A DNA stretch of 64,000 bases from the NCBI RefSeq assembly GCF_004010195.1, contig NC_057717.1, positions 101,931,845 through 101,995,844 on the forward strand, in the 5' to 3' direction. A program made the position numbers and the translations under genes. Origin of the DNA: Chiloscyllium plagiosum (lineage: Eukaryota). Shown piece after piece: positions 63,252-64,000 of this stretch (its first letter is position 1; each line of letters starts with the position of its first letter). The notes beneath the pieces are model-generated. The model was not told the DNA's origin and did not search any database. It was given only the letters and a program-made list of their open reading frames with translations.

Positions 63252-64000
63252 GTGAGATTGGGTTTCTTTGCAGTTAATCATGTGATGAATGCATCGTGGA
63301 TACATTGAAATCTCCACATTGCATTGACACTAAGCAGTCAGAATAATGGTCATTGGCGCATACATTCTGCAGATTTGAGAACAGCTTTTCGGAAGGTGTG
63401 TTTGTTCTTCTTAGGTTGCTGAGGTCAAACTCTAAATCCTAGGCAGAAAGCCATTGAATGTCAGGAACTGTTTGCTATTCCCGGATTTTTACCAGACTAT
63501 TGGGTTTTAATTAACCCTTAAACAAACAGCCTGGGCAACAAATGTTTGGACGTTTTAAGAGCAAACAGTGGTACAAATTTCCCAATTGTTAAAAATTAAT
63601 CAGCCTCCGCTAGGATTTTATATAAGTCAGTAAAATTACTTGCGAAAGTTTGTCCTGGTGGAGCAGTTGGTCAACATGAGGACCTCACTGTTACTTGTTG
63701 TCTTAGTCGTTTTTCCTGCACTGTGTCAATGTTCCCCTCTGTAAGTATTATTTCTGCTTCATTTGATCCCAACCAGTTTTCTCCATATCTTAATTTATTA
63801 TAATCCTCCTTCCTCTTCTTTTTTATATGCTTGTCCAACTTCCCCTTTAATGGACCTACACTATTCACTTCAATTATACCTGATATTCTACATCGATTAT
63901 TGTCACAGTTTATAAGAGTGTTCCTTCTTGCAAATTTATTTATTTCGATCAGTTGAGGTAATGGTGCCTTCTGTTCAGTAATGGTTAGAAGATCGATTAG

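Overview
Vertebrate genomic DNA, very likely shark (about 20 HE1-type SINEs plus CR1/HER1-type LINEs). Two tandem minus-strand genes of the RDH8/HSD17B1 short-chain dehydrogenase family are present. One is a complete 6-exon rdh8 (CDS 49464->25501, 317 aa, C-terminal VxPx motif). The other is a diverged RDH8-like paralog (exons 1-5 at 11176->1681; last exon not found, presumably beyond the left edge). Most of the remainder is transposon-derived: HE1 and other SINEs, CR1 and L2 fragments, a TSD-bounded L1 lacking its RT domain, a solo LTR just upstream of the paralog, and a Tigger-like MITE. The most striking pattern is four sequence-distinct short repeat families that each carry a minimal type-I hammerhead-ribozyme motif with covarying stems. 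They usually occur as inverted pairs flanked by 12-17 bp TSDs, and one copy is attached to a Penelope-type GIY-YIG remnant. One such insertion captured an inverted copy of nearby DNA, and another seeded a 49-bp minisatellite. Exon coordinates were checked base by base; repeat boundaries are approximate and family names come from recognition, not database search.
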